A DNA stretch of 55,845 bases from positions 1-55,845 of IMG/VR virus record IMGVR_UViG_3300025674_007203. The stretch is one strand, 5' to 3'. The notes beneath the pieces are model-generated. The model made no database searches. It saw only the letters and a program-made list of their open reading frames with translations, and had not been told where the DNA came from. This stretch comes from a virus (Duplodnaviria; Caudoviricetes). A program made the translations under genes and the position numbers. Below are positions 18,974-28,800 of this stretch, in pieces; position 1 is the stretch's first letter, and each line of letters starts with the position of its first letter.

Positions 18974-19902
18974 TGGCTAGACTATCATCTGAACAATTAT
19001 TAGATCAATACCGCAAAGGATTTTTAGGGGCCATCTGGGAAGAACATGTATTTGAAGAATTATTGGATATGTCTAAGTATCCATATTTTGGAGACGGCGC
19101 TTCTAGAATCGTAGGAAGTGGCAAAGATAAATTATCTCTCCCTTTTAAAGCTGTGTTGGGATTTGATAAGAAATCATATACAGAACGACAAACTACAGGA
19201 GATTGTGTAAGCCACTCAACTAGAAATGCTGTAGATTTAAGTCGTGCTGTAGAAATTGCTGTAAAAGGAGAAAAAGAAGGATGGCATTGTCGTGGTGCTA
19301 CAGAGGCTATTTATGGGGCTCGTGGTCATAGTGGTCAAGGAATGAGTTGTTCAAGAGCAGCAACATTTGTTAGTAAAAATGGAGGCATTTTACTTAGAAA
19401 AAATTATCCTGGCGTTGCTGATTTTAGCCAATACAACGGAAGTATGGGCGCTAAATGGGGAGGCAGAGGACTTCCTGACAAAGTTATAGATGAAGCAGAA
19501 AAGCATCAGGTTACAACTGTTTCTCTTGTGAGAAGTGTAGAAGAAGCCAGGGATGCTCTTGCTAATGGGTATGGAATAAGTGTGTGTAGTGGTTATGGAT
19601 TTTCTAATAGTAGAGACTCTAAGGGTATAGCAAGAAAAAGCGGCTCATGGGCACATGCGATGGCATGGATAGCTTGTGATGATACCCATGAAAGATTTAA
19701 AGAAACATTATTCCTAGTTCAAAATAGCTGGGGGAAATGGAATAGTGGACCGAAAGTTCACGACCAACCAGACGGAAGCTTTTGGATTAGAGAAAAAGAT
19801 GCTGCTGGAATGTTAAGCGGGAAAGGAGCCTACGCTTTTAGTAATGTAAATGGATTTCCTCCACAAAAACTTACAGACTTAGGATTTGTCGATTACCTAT
19901 AA
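18973..19902 (+). CDS. papain-like (C1-family) cysteine peptidase
   Basis: Q-TTGD-C-VSH (oxyanion Gln and catalytic Cys), WAHAM (His), QNSWG (Asn), GSFWI. Confidence 0.85.
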   Translation: MARLSSEQLLDQYRKGFLGAIWEEHVFEELLDMSKYPYFGDGASRIVGSGKDKLSLPFKAVLGFDKKSYTERQTTGDCVSHSTRNAVDLSRAVEIAVKGEKEGWHCRGATEAIYGARGHSGQGMSCSRAATFVSKNGGILLRKNYPGVADFSQYNGSMGAKWGGRGLPDKVIDEAEKHQVTTVSLVRSVEEARDALANGYGISVCSGYGFSNSRDSKGIARKSGSWAHAMAWIACDDTHERFKETLFLVQNSWGKWNSGPKVHDQPDGSFWIREKDAAGMLSGKGAYAFSNVNGFPPQKLTDLGFVDYL

Positions 19903-19912
19903 AGGAGGATAT

Positions 19913-20098
19913 ATGAACGTATTAGACAAAATGGCTTTCAATAGATTGGTTGCTATTATAGCAAACTTCGTATTAAATGTTATTAAGTTATTTGCTCCTA
20001 AAGCAGTAGAAGATATAGAGGTTCCAGAAGTTAGTCCAGATAGAAAAAAGATATTCCCAATATTTAGGAGAAAGAAAAAAGATGAAAATTCCAATTAG
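19913..20098 (+). CDS. small membrane protein
   Basis: AGGAGG RBS, hydrophobic helix, basic tail. Confidence 0.7.
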   Translation: MNVLDKMAFNRLVAIIANFVLNVIKLFAPKAVEDIEVPEVSPDRKKIFPIFRRKKKDENSN

Positions 20099-20408
20099 TA
20101 TTCTTGCTTTTGCTTTTATGGGAGGGGTCATGCTTAATGATTTTCAGCCATCTTCAACTAGTGCCGTTAGCATTATTGGAGGAGTTCTAAAAGCTAGACA
20201 TTCTGTAAAAGAAGATGCTAAATATCCTCGTAAAGATTGTCCAGTATGCGAAGGAAAAGGATGGTATATTAGTGGAGATGGAATAGAAAAAGTAGATTGC
20301 GGATATTGTGAACCAGTAAAAGAGGAAATTCCAGAAAAAACAGAAGAACAAGTTGATGATCCTCCGTTAGTCCCAGTGAGACCCAATACTTTTTATCTAA
20401 GGAAATAA
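20082..20408 (+). CDS. exported/anchored protein with CxxCxGxG...CxxC zinc finger
   Basis: CPVCEGKGW...CGYC and a hydrophobic N-terminus. Confidence 0.75.
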   Translation: MKIPISILAFAFMGGVMLNDFQPSSTSAVSIIGGVLKARHSVKEDAKYPRKDCPVCEGKGWYISGDGIEKVDCGYCEPVKEEIPEKTEEQVDDPPLVPVRPNTFYLRK

Positions 20409-20409
20409 A

Positions 20410-20808
20410 ATGCCAGCATTAACTATAGAAGAATTAGCTAAAGAAATTTATGATAAAACATTATCTAAAGTCAAAGAGACGGATAGATATGGTATTGATC
20501 CTATAACTATTATTATGATTATTGCCATCATGGTAAATGTTATTAGAGTTATACAGGAATGTAATAAAAATAAAACAACAAAACTATCAACCGGAGAAAA
20601 AACAGAATTTTTTAGCACAGACGTAAGATTTAGATCTTTTAATCATAGCTTTTTGACTAGAATGAGACTAAGAAAAATTCTAAAAAATCATTTAACAAAA
20701 GACCAATATAAAGTATATGGTGACGCTATGTTACAAACTTTGTTAGAGGTAGGAAAAACAGTCAAGGAAGAACAGGTATCAGCACTTCTGGAGTATAAAC
20801 ATGTTTAG
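20410..20808 (+). CDS. membrane-associated hypothetical protein
   Basis: IDPITIIMIIAIMVNVI hydrophobic segment. Confidence 0.75.
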   Translation: MPALTIEELAKEIYDKTLSKVKETDRYGIDPITIIMIIAIMVNVIRVIQECNKNKTTKLSTGEKTEFFSTDVRFRSFNHSFLTRMRLRKILKNHLTKDQYKVYGDAMLQTLLEVGKTVKEEQVSALLEYKHV

Positions 20809-21052
20809 TATATTAGTATGGTGTGTATATGGGATTTTTGTTGGATCTATAGCCAAAAGTATAATCCCTGGAGAAGAAAATTTTGGCTTCGTTAAAACAG
20901 TAGCATTAGGAGTAGCGGGATCTTATATGGGTGGCGCTATGATGTACTTATTAGGCCAATACGATGCTGTTTCACCAGCAGGATTATTTATGGGTGTTTT
21001 AGGTTCTTGTGTTGCTTTAATGCTATATAATAAATTAACCAAAACTAAATAA
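20801..21052 (+). CDS. GlsB/YeaQ/YmgE (transglycosylase-associated) membrane protein
   Basis: GIFVGSIAKSIIPG...TVALGVAGSYMGG...GVLGS, three TM helices. Confidence 0.85.
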   Translation: MFSILVWCVYGIFVGSIAKSIIPGEENFGFVKTVALGVAGSYMGGAMMYLLGQYDAVSPAGLFMGVLGSCVALMLYNKLTKTK

Positions 21053-21080
21053 TTTCTGGTTCGTTTTTTGATCATAAAAT

Positions 21081-21116
21081 CAAGCCTGTCTTAAAAAAGA
21101 TAGGCTTGTTTTTTTT
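21081..21116 (+). terminator. Rho-independent terminator
   Basis: CAAGCCTGTCTT-AAAA-AAGATAGGCTTG followed by T8. Confidence 0.85.
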
Positions 21117-21117
21117 A

Positions 21118-21146
21118 TTGACACACAGAACAGAATATGCTATAAT
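21118..21146 (+). promoter_or_regulatory. consensus sigma70 promoter
   Basis: TTGACA-17 bp-TATAAT with extended -10 TG. Confidence 0.9.
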
Positions 21147-21184
21147 ACAAAACCTAAACACAGAACAAGTCAGCAAGGTGTACT

Positions 21185-21334
21185 ATGATATTAGTATTTT
21201 ACTATTTAGCATTAGCTTTAGATGTCTACAATTTGATAATGGGCCAACACATGCAAAATAATCTATTTGCAACTTCTACATCTATCGGCCTATTATATTT
21301 AATTTCCACAATTAACAAAAAGGACAGGAGATAA
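21185..21334 (+). CDS. small hydrophobic protein (49 aa), absent from the ORF track
   Basis: MILVFYYLALALDVYNLIMGQHMQNNLFATSTSIGLLYLISTINKKDRR; stop 1 nt before the nrdJ ATG; no clear RBS. Confidence 0.5.
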   Translation: MILVFYYLALALDVYNLIMGQHMQNNLFATSTSIGLLYLISTINKKDRR

Positions 21335-21335
21335 T

Positions 21336-23531
21336 ATGTCTGCGCTTCAAGAATTACAAAACTATACATTTGTTAGTAAATATGCCCGATGGATTGAAAG
21401 TAAACAAAGAAGAGAAACATGGAAAGAGGCTGTTGAAAGAGTCAAAGGCATGATGCTTACAAAATATGCAGATTGCGAAATCAACGAAGACATTGAATGG
21501 GCATATGATTTAATGTATAAGAAAAAAGTTCTTGGTAGCCAAAGGGCTTTACAGTTCGGCGGAGAGCCTATCCTAAAAAGACACGCAAAAATCTATAACT
21601 GCACAAGCTCATATTGTGATCGTCTTAGATTTTTCCAAGAATGTTTCTGGCTTTTACTTTGTGGCAGCGGCACTGGTTTTTCTGTTCAAAAACACCATGT
21701 CGCAAAATTGCCAAAATTGCAACACGACGTAAAGAAAGGTAGCGGCGTGAAACATGTTATCGAAGATAGTATCGAAGGCTGGGCAGATTCTCTTGGTATT
21801 CTTTTGTCTTCTTATTTTGATAGACCTTCTGATCCGTCTTTTGCTGAATTTACCAATCAACATGTAGTATTTGATTATTCTCAAATTAGAAAAAAAGGAG
21901 CTCCTCTAAGTTCTGGCGTAGGAAAAGCCCCAGGATATGAGCCTCTTGCAAATGGCCTTGAAAAAATTAGAGCTTTACTAGACAGGTGTATTGCTAATGG
22001 GCAAGAAAAATTGCGACCAATTGATGCTTATGATATTGTTATGCATAGTAGTGACGCTGTATTGTCAGGTGGCGTTCGTCGCTCCGCTTCGTTAGCATTA
22101 TTTAGTCCAGATGATGAAGAAATGACTAAGGCCAAAACAGGTAATTGGTTTACTGATAATCCACAAAGAGCAAGAAGCAATAATTCAGCCCTTCTGCTAA
22201 AAAACGAAACTAGTTATGAAGAGTTTGCTGCCCTCATGGAGAGTGTAAAAGAGTTTGGAGAGCCTGGATTTATTTGGAGCGAGTCAAAGGACATGATTTT
22301 TAATCCGTGCGTAGAAATCGGCATGTGGCCTGTTGATGAGGATACAGGAGAATCTGGATGGCAGGGCTGTAATCTTTCTACTATCAATTGTTCTTCTTTA
22401 GTAGACGAAGAAGATTTTTATGAGAGATGTCGTGCTTGTGCAATTATTGGAACTTTACAAGCTGGTTTTACTTCCTTAGAATATTTAGGAGAAACAAGTG
22501 AAAAAATCTTCCAACGAGAGGCTTTACTGGGTGTTAGTCTTACAGGAATTATGGAAAAGCCTGATCTTGTGCTTTCGGAAAAGACGTTAAGACAAGGGGC
22601 TAGAATTGCTGTAAAAACAAATGAAGAACTAGCACAAAAGATAAATATAAATCAGGCAGCAAGAGTAACTTGCCTAAAGCCTGAAGGAACATCAAGCAGT
22701 ATGCTTGGTACTAGTTCAGGTATTCATCCTCATCATGCCAAACGATATATTCGTCACGTTCAGGCAAATGTTCTTGAAGCACCATATGAATATTTTAGAA
22801 GCTATAATCCACAAGCATGTGAGAAAAGTTCATGGTCGGCAAATGATACTGATGAAGTTATTAAGTTCCCAATTGAAGTACCAGATGGATCTAAACTAAA
22901 AAATCAACTTCCGGCAGTTGAGATGCTTGATGTTGTTAAGAATACGCAAATTCAATGGGTCAATTCTGGTAAAAACTCTAAGCTTTGTACTCAACAATTC
23001 CTAAGTCATAATGTTAGTAATACTATTACTGTGAAACCAGAAGAATGGGAAAATGTTACAAAGTTTATATACAAAAACAGAAAGTATTATGCCGGCATTA
23101 GTCTAATTCCTCAGAGTGGAGATAAGGACTATCCACAAGCCCCATTTACAACTGTATTTACAAGTAGAGAAATTGTTAAAGAATATGGAGATGCTTCTTT
23201 ATGGTGCTCAGGGCTTATAGAATTAGCATTACAAAACTTTGATAAAAACCTATGGGCTGCTTGTGACTATGTTACATTAAATCAATTCAACGATAGTGAT
23301 GACGAAAATAAACTTATGTTTGTCACAAAAATGAAAAACTTTGCTGGAAAATATTTTGAAGGAGATGTCAAGAGATTGACATATTGTATGAAAGATGTTT
23401 ATAATTGGAAGGTTTATTGTGATCTTAAAGATAGTTTTAAAAAGGTCGATTATACTCAATTATCAGAAAGCGAGGACAACACCACAGGCATAGAAGAAAT
23501 CAGTTGTGCTGGCGGCGCTTGTTTAATATAA
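21336..23531 (+). CDS. nrdJ: class II (B12-dependent) ribonucleotide reductase, monomeric RTPR type
   Basis: YNCT, GSGTGFS, GGVRRSA, NPCVEI, CNLS, TCLKPEGT, C-terminal CAGGAC. Confidence 0.9.
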   Translation: MSALQELQNYTFVSKYARWIESKQRRETWKEAVERVKGMMLTKYADCEINEDIEWAYDLMYKKKVLGSQRALQFGGEPILKRHAKIYNCTSSYCDRLRFFQECFWLLLCGSGTGFSVQKHHVAKLPKLQHDVKKGSGVKHVIEDSIEGWADSLGILLSSYFDRPSDPSFAEFTNQHVVFDYSQIRKKGAPLSSGVGKAPGYEPLANGLEKIRALLDRCIANGQEKLRPIDAYDIVMHSSDAVLSGGVRRSASLALFSPDDEEMTKAKTGNWFTDNPQRARSNNSALLLKNETSYEEFAALMESVKEFGEPGFIWSESKDMIFNPCVEIGMWPVDEDTGESGWQGCNLSTINCSSLVDEEDFYERCRACAIIGTLQAGFTSLEYLGETSEKIFQREALLGVSLTGIMEKPDLVLSEKTLRQGARIAVKTNEELAQKININQAARVTCLKPEGTSSSMLGTSSGIHPHHAKRYIRHVQANVLEAPYEYFRSYNPQACEKSSWSANDTDEVIKFPIEVPDGSKLKNQLPAVEMLDVVKNTQIQWVNSGKNSKLCTQQFLSHNVSNTITVKPEEWENVTKFIYKNRKYYAGISLIPQSGDKDYPQAPFTTVFTSREIVKEYGDASLWCSGLIELALQNFDKNLWAACDYVTLNQFNDSDDENKLMFVTKMKNFAGKYFEGDVKRLTYCMKDVYNWKVYCDLKDSFKKVDYTQLSESEDNTTGIEEISCAGGACLI

Positions 23532-23556
23532 AATTTATAATCGAAAGGTATCAACT

Positions 23557-24291
23557 TTGAGAAAAAAGAAAATAACAACAGATAAAAAACCTAAGTTTAT
23601 TGATATCACTAAAAGTATTATTCCAGAAATATCTGAAATCAAACATAAAAATAGATTAATTGCCAGAAGTGAAAATCAAAAAGAATTTATTAGATCTATG
23701 ATAGAAAACGACGTTGTTTTTTGTCAGGGTTTAGCAGGGTCTGGTAAGACTCATATAGCAATTGGTATGGCTATAGAATGGCTTCTTAAAGATAAGGTTG
23801 GTAAAATAGTTATTACTAGACCTGTCGTGGAGGCTGGTGAAAAAATTGGTTTTTTACCTGGATCAGCAGAAGAGAAAATCCATCCTTATTTAATACCTAT
23901 TCTTGATGAGATTAATCATTTTATTTGTATGGCAGATTATGCGAGACTAAAAAATGAAAATAGAATAGAGATTGTTCCTCTGGGACTTATGAGAGGAAGA
24001 AATTTTCACGATGCCTTTATTGTCGCTGATGAATGTCAAAATGCTACTTATGAGCAACTAAAAATGCTTATCACCAGAATTGGAACAGACAGCAAGATGG
24101 TATTGACAGGAGATGCAGCACAAAGCGACCTGAATAAGCATATGAAAGGAGGATTTATCAAACTTATGGAAAGATTGGCAGATGTTGAAGGTGTTGGTCT
24201 TTCTTTCTTAGAAGCATGTGACATAGTGAGAAATCCGATCATAGCCAAGATCCTATACAAATTAGAAGAATATGAGAACAAACCATACTAA
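23557..24291 (+). CDS. phoH: PhoH-family ATPase
   Basis: GLAGSGKT, ITRPVVE, GFLPG, MRGRNF, DECQN, TGD..QSD. Confidence 0.93.
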   Translation: MRKKKITTDKKPKFIDITKSIIPEISEIKHKNRLIARSENQKEFIRSMIENDVVFCQGLAGSGKTHIAIGMAIEWLLKDKVGKIVITRPVVEAGEKIGFLPGSAEEKIHPYLIPILDEINHFICMADYARLKNENRIEIVPLGLMRGRNFHDAFIVADECQNATYEQLKMLITRIGTDSKMVLTGDAAQSDLNKHMKGGFIKLMERLADVEGVGLSFLEACDIVRNPIIAKILYKLEEYENKPY

Positions 24292-24826
24292 ATGTTTATT
24301 ATTGAATGTAGACTATACTCCAGTGTCCCTAATAAGCTGGAAAAGAGCTATGGTCTGGTATTTTAAATATAACAAAAACAATAAGTACGGTATAGATATT
24401 ATAGATTTCTATAAGAATGACTGTATTCATGGAGTTAATCAAAATTTCCCCATACCTGCTGTAGCCAAAACTAAAAAATACTTTCGTTTTGGTTCGGATA
24501 TTGTAACATTTTCTCGTAAAAATATTTTTGTGCGAGATAATTATACATGTCAATATTGCTCTAAAAAATTTGAATATCATAAATTAACTTATGATCATGT
24601 AGTGCCTAAATCTGCTAATGGCCCTACAACATGGACTAACATAGTAACCGCTTGTTTTCCTTGTAATTCTAGAAAAGGCAATAGAACTCCTAAACAAGCA
24701 GATATGCCATTATCAAAACAACCAATCAAACCCGAAAAAAGACTAAGATACTTGCCAATTTTCGACTATCTGGCTACTATAAACAGTGTTCCAGAGGAGT
24801 GGAGACTGTACCTACCGGAGTATTAG
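24272..24826 (+). CDS. HNH endonuclease (McrA-like)
   Basis: RDNYTCQYC, TYDHVVP, WTNIVTACFPCNSRK. Confidence 0.9.
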   Translation: MRTNHTKCLLLNVDYTPVSLISWKRAMVWYFKYNKNNKYGIDIIDFYKNDCIHGVNQNFPIPAVAKTKKYFRFGSDIVTFSRKNIFVRDNYTCQYCSKKFEYHKLTYDHVVPKSANGPTTWTNIVTACFPCNSRKGNRTPKQADMPLSKQPIKPEKRLRYLPIFDYLATINSVPEEWRLYLPEY

Positions 24827-24827
24827 A

Positions 24828-25169
24828 ATGCCAGAATATACCTATCAGTGCGAAGAATGTGATACTACATTCGCCGTAGTCTGTAGCATATCAGAATATA
24901 AGGATCATCCTAAATGTTGTTGTGGATCAAAAAAAACAATTAGAAATTATATTGAAGATTGCTCAACTATTAACGGAAATGTTAGACTTGGAGACAACGA
25001 ATTAAAAACATTAGGGGATCTAGCCAAAAGAAATACCGAGAGAATGAGCGAAGATCAAAAACAAGCTATATGGGCCAAGAATAACGCATATAAGGAAAAT
25101 CCACCAGATAAGCCATTGCCAAAGGGGATGTCACGACTGAAAAAACAACAAAAAATGAAATGGAGTTAA
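24828..25169 (+). CDS. FmdB-like zinc-ribbon protein
   Basis: MPEYTYQCEEC...CCCGS. Confidence 0.75.
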   Translation: MPEYTYQCEECDTTFAVVCSISEYKDHPKCCCGSKKTIRNYIEDCSTINGNVRLGDNELKTLGDLAKRNTERMSEDQKQAIWAKNNAYKENPPDKPLPKGMSRLKKQQKMKWS

Positions 25170-25582
25170 TTGTGAGAGACAAATTTAATTTAGATGCATG
25201 TATTTATAAGCCTAATAATGGATCTGTTGAAACAGTAGGTTCTTCAGCGGGAGAAGACGAGTTCTACACTGTATTGGGACAACAAGAATTTACTGACTCT
25301 AATGGTTATTCAAGAGTAACAGAAAAGTCAGATCATATTTACGCCAAAGCAATTAATGCAGAAGGTGAAACTAAATACTTTGTTAAATGCAATAGATATG
25401 GTAAATTATTTAATCCTTCTGGAATGTTTACGGAAGGGAACCATAAGAGATTTAACAAAATGATTGGTTCTAATGAGTTTAATTTTAAAAGAGTTAATCT
25501 AAGAATTTTTGAACTATACACAAGTTTTTTGAAAACCAGAAATGTCGCATGGCTTAATAATGCAGAAAGGGAGATGACTTAA
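25160..25582 (+). CDS. hypothetical protein
   Basis: 140 aa, coupled ORF. Confidence 0.75.
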   Translation: MELIVRDKFNLDACIYKPNNGSVETVGSSAGEDEFYTVLGQQEFTDSNGYSRVTEKSDHIYAKAINAEGETKYFVKCNRYGKLFNPSGMFTEGNHKRFNKMIGSNEFNFKRVNLRIFELYTSFLKTRNVAWLNNAEREMT

Positions 25583-25872
25583 TGGGATTTAAAGTTAGTA
25601 AAACTAAAGAATATGCTGTTTTGTATTTACATAGAACTACAGGTATGTCAGTCAATGCTGTTGCTGAAGCATTAGATATCACAGTTTCTAGCGTAGAAAA
25701 GGTACTAGAGGATCATCCTGTATCAAGTCCAAATAATAACTTCATTCATGAAACTAACGAAAAAAGAACAAGGAATGTTGCTATTATGACAAAGGATGGA
25801 TCAACTAGTGGAGATTCTATAGAAGCAGGATCTGCTGAAAGAAGAGAAACTATCTTTAAACCTCGCGGATAA
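25582..25872 (+). CDS. hypothetical protein, possible HTH
   Basis: MSVNAVAEALDITVSSVEK resembles a helix-turn-helix. Confidence 0.65.
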   Translation: MGFKVSKTKEYAVLYLHRTTGMSVNAVAEALDITVSSVEKVLEDHPVSSPNNNFIHETNEKRTRNVAIMTKDGSTSGDSIEAGSAERRETIFKPRG

Positions 25873-26291
25873 TGTCAGAAAAATACATATCTAAATATTC
25901 TAACGGGAAAGAGATTACTGCTGCCCAGTATATCACAGAGATAATTTGTGAGCACTGGGCCAAGCAGAATCAACAGGATTTACATTATAGGTTTTGGTCA
26001 ACTAGTGAAAAGTGGCAAAAACATTATAAAGGACAAATTTCGACGGCCAACAAATTGGTTAAAAAATATAATGCTAAAGCAATAATCAAAGCATTAAATG
26101 ATCCCAAGGCCTCTAGAATTTATTCCTTGCGAGCCCCGCATCTTCCTGCTATCATAGAGCGATACGAAAAGATATTGGAAGAGCAAAAAGAAGAGTTTAC
26201 CAAAAATTTTGAGAGGAAAGAGAATGCTAAGTTTGAAAAAAATAGGTCAAAGAAAAACATTATTTCTAAATTAAAGGATCTAGATGACTAA
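25872..26291 (+). CDS. hypothetical protein
   Basis: TAATG overlap, 139 aa. Confidence 0.75.
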   Translation: MSEKYISKYSNGKEITAAQYITEIICEHWAKQNQQDLHYRFWSTSEKWQKHYKGQISTANKLVKKYNAKAIIKALNDPKASRIYSLRAPHLPAIIERYEKILEEQKEEFTKNFERKENAKFEKNRSKKNIISKLKDLDD

Positions 26292-27306
26292 TACTATAGA
26301 AAAAGATATTGCTAAAACTTTTGGCGATAATATCATTTTAACTGGCAATTCCATTATTGATTCCAAAAATGTAATCATTCCAGTTAGTCCAGTATTGGAT
26401 ATTCTTTTAAATGGAGGAGTACCAGAAGGAAGCTTTGTGGTTTTAACTGGACAGCCTAAATGCGGCAAAACAACGACCTCGCTGTATCTAGCGGCGACGG
26501 CACAAGACCCAAAATATGGACATGATTCTTTTAAGGACGGAAGAGAAGTGTACTACCTTAACATTGAGGGTAGACTGAAGAAAAGAGACCTAGAAGGTAT
26601 TCCACATCTTAATCCAGAAAAATTTCATGTGATCGGATCTCAACAAGGTAAAATTCTTCATGCTGAAGAGTATCTGCAGATAGGAGAAAAAATTATCAAT
26701 GAAGTTCCTGGGTCAGTAGTAATTATCGACAGCTATTCTGCATTATGCACAGAAGCAGAGATCACAAGTGATATGAGTAAAATGCAACGTGCAGATGGAG
26801 CAAAGTTGCTTGCTAAATTTTGTAGAAAGGTGGCTAATGTTATTCCTGTTAATAAAAATATTGTTATTGGTATTACTCATTTGATGGGTAATCCTACTGG
26901 GTATGGGGCTGAGTTTAAGGAGAAATCTGGTCAGGCTATTGCTTATCAGACGGATATTAAGTTAAGGGCTAAAAAGTTTAGTCCTTGGACATTAGGTTCT
27001 GATACCACTCCTGTTGGTCAGGAAGTTGAATGGCAAGTTGTTTGTTCTGCTCTAGGTGCTCCAGGTGCTAGTATGACGAGTTATATTAGGTACGGTCAAG
27101 GTATTGACAAAAATACTGAAATAGCACAACTAGCATCAGATTTTGGTATCATCAACAAGGCTGGGGCTTGGTTTACGCTGACTCATCTAGAAGACAAGCC
27201 TAAGTTCCAAGGGATTGAGAAAGTTAAAAAATACATTGCTGAGAACCCAGAAGTTTATGAAGATTTACTAAAACAGGTTAAGGAAATGATGGGTGTAAAA
27301 TGCTAA
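26284..27306 (+). CDS. recA: RecA/UvsX-like recombinase
   Basis: LDILLNGGVPEG, GQPKCGKTT, IIDSYSAL, GIINKAGAWF, KFQG. Confidence 0.88.
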   Translation: MTNTIEKDIAKTFGDNIILTGNSIIDSKNVIIPVSPVLDILLNGGVPEGSFVVLTGQPKCGKTTTSLYLAATAQDPKYGHDSFKDGREVYYLNIEGRLKKRDLEGIPHLNPEKFHVIGSQQGKILHAEEYLQIGEKIINEVPGSVVIIDSYSALCTEAEITSDMSKMQRADGAKLLAKFCRKVANVIPVNKNIVIGITHLMGNPTGYGAEFKEKSGQAIAYQTDIKLRAKKFSPWTLGSDTTPVGQEVEWQVVCSALGAPGASMTSYIRYGQGIDKNTEIAQLASDFGIINKAGAWFTLTHLEDKPKFQGIEKVKKYIAENPEVYEDLLKQVKEMMGVKC

Positions 27307-27704
27307 TCAAAGATTTAGACGGAAATAACCACAACTGGCTACTTACTGGAAACGTAGCTTACGGAACAGCAAATAAATCAGAGCTACATCTACGAGCACG
27401 AATGCTGCTTAAAGAAGAATATCCAACTTTACAAATTCTTGAAGAAGTTTCTATGCCTTTGAGAAAAGGCGTTACTCTATACATGGATTTCTATCTTCCC
27501 TTAAAAAAGATTTGTGTAGAAGTACATGGAGAACAGCACTATAAGTTTATTCCTTTTTATCACACTAATTTGGTTTCTTTTGCAAAAGCAAAGAAAAGAG
27601 ACCTAGAAAAAAAGGAGTGGTGCGAACAAAATGAAATTAAACATATAGTTTTTCCTTTTGATGGAAGCGATGAGGAATGGAGAGAAATCCTACATGAAGA
27701 CTAA
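27300..27704 (+). CDS. PD-(D/E)xK/Vsr-like endonuclease
   Basis: MDFYLP...VEVHGEQHY...RDLEKKEWC. Confidence 0.75.
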   Translation: MLIKDLDGNNHNWLLTGNVAYGTANKSELHLRARMLLKEEYPTLQILEEVSMPLRKGVTLYMDFYLPLKKICVEVHGEQHYKFIPFYHTNLVSFAKAKKRDLEKKEWCEQNEIKHIVFPFDGSDEEWREILHED

Positions 27705-28173
27705 AGAAGAAGTTCAATACTGGGATAGCATATTAGATGAATACGAAAAAGGTATTGGAATGCCTGCATATTCAGAAAATGCATTTCAGGAAATAGAACT
27801 ACAAGAATATTTGACTATGAACAGAGACTCAATAGAAAAATTAAGCCCAGAAGATTGTGCTCAAATTTCTATGAGATTGGCTCAGTTTGCTTTTCATATC
27901 CAGCGAACTATTAATAGAGAGCAGGCTAGACATAATTGGGCAGATGAAACCATTAAGGCAGTTATAGCAAACGAACTGAATAATTACAAAGGATATGGTT
28001 ATGTAGAAAAAAGCTATCAAGCTATCAATGGAAACGAAAAAGCTTCTGCACTAAACAAGATTAAAAAATATGCAAAACAAAGAATGGACAGACTTGGATT
28101 TCTAGCAAACAATATTAAAAATTTGTCAGACATTCTATTATCTATACAAAGAACAAAGGTGAAGCATGGCTAA
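27694..28173 (+). CDS. hypothetical helical protein
   Basis: About 159 aa within the replication cluster. Confidence 0.75.
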   Translation: MKTKEEVQYWDSILDEYEKGIGMPAYSENAFQEIELQEYLTMNRDSIEKLSPEDCAQISMRLAQFAFHIQRTINREQARHNWADETIKAVIANELNNYKGYGYVEKSYQAINGNEKASALNKIKKYAKQRMDRLGFLANNIKNLSDILLSIQRTKVKHG

Positions 28174-28798
28174 AGAAATGATAGATTCTTTCTCCAACGC
28201 ATGGGGTAAAATAAATAGTTACAATTTAAACGAAGTATCTGATTTAATCTTAACTGGAAGAAGCATAGAAAAAGCCACTGCCAATTTTGCTATTGTTAAT
28301 ACAATACCAAAAAACCAAAATATGAATGTGCTAGATTTTGGTTGTGGATTTGGAAGAAACTCATTTGGATGGGCTAAAAAATTTAGCCAGTGGCATGTTA
28401 CTGGATATGATCATCCAGACATGATAGAAAATACTTCAAAATATTATGAAATACATTATGAGGATACATATCCAAATAACATTAATTTTATGACAGACTG
28501 GAAATTAGTATCTGAACAAAAATTTGATTATATTATTTGTTCACTAGTTCTTCAGCATATAATGGAAGAACCATTAAAAGAATATTTGCAATGTTTCAAA
28601 AATATGACAAATACATTAATTGTGTCTGGAAGAAGATTTAATGACGACGAAAAACAAAGGAGCACATGGGAAATATTAGAAGAATGTGGATATTATCCAG
28701 ATAAGTTCTATGGTTATAATCATCAATTAATTGCATATAATAAATATGGAGAAAAAGAAGATCACAATACAGCGATTTATAATGTTGAAAGGAATTAA
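28166..28798 (+). CDS. class I SAM-dependent methyltransferase
   Basis: VLDFGCGFGRN, FDYIICSLVLQHI. Confidence 0.88.
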   Translation: MAKEMIDSFSNAWGKINSYNLNEVSDLILTGRSIEKATANFAIVNTIPKNQNMNVLDFGCGFGRNSFGWAKKFSQWHVTGYDHPDMIENTSKYYEIHYEDTYPNNINFMTDWKLVSEQKFDYIICSLVLQHIMEEPLKEYLQCFKNMTNTLIVSGRRFNDDEKQRSTWEILEECGYYPDKFYGYNHQLIAYNKYGEKEDHNTAIYNVERN

Positions 28799-28800
28799 TA

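Noticed and set aside
21147-21335. Cobalamin riboswitch upstream of nrdJ
   Set aside because: The region is AT-rich with no recognisable B12-box or stems; a small ORF explains it better.
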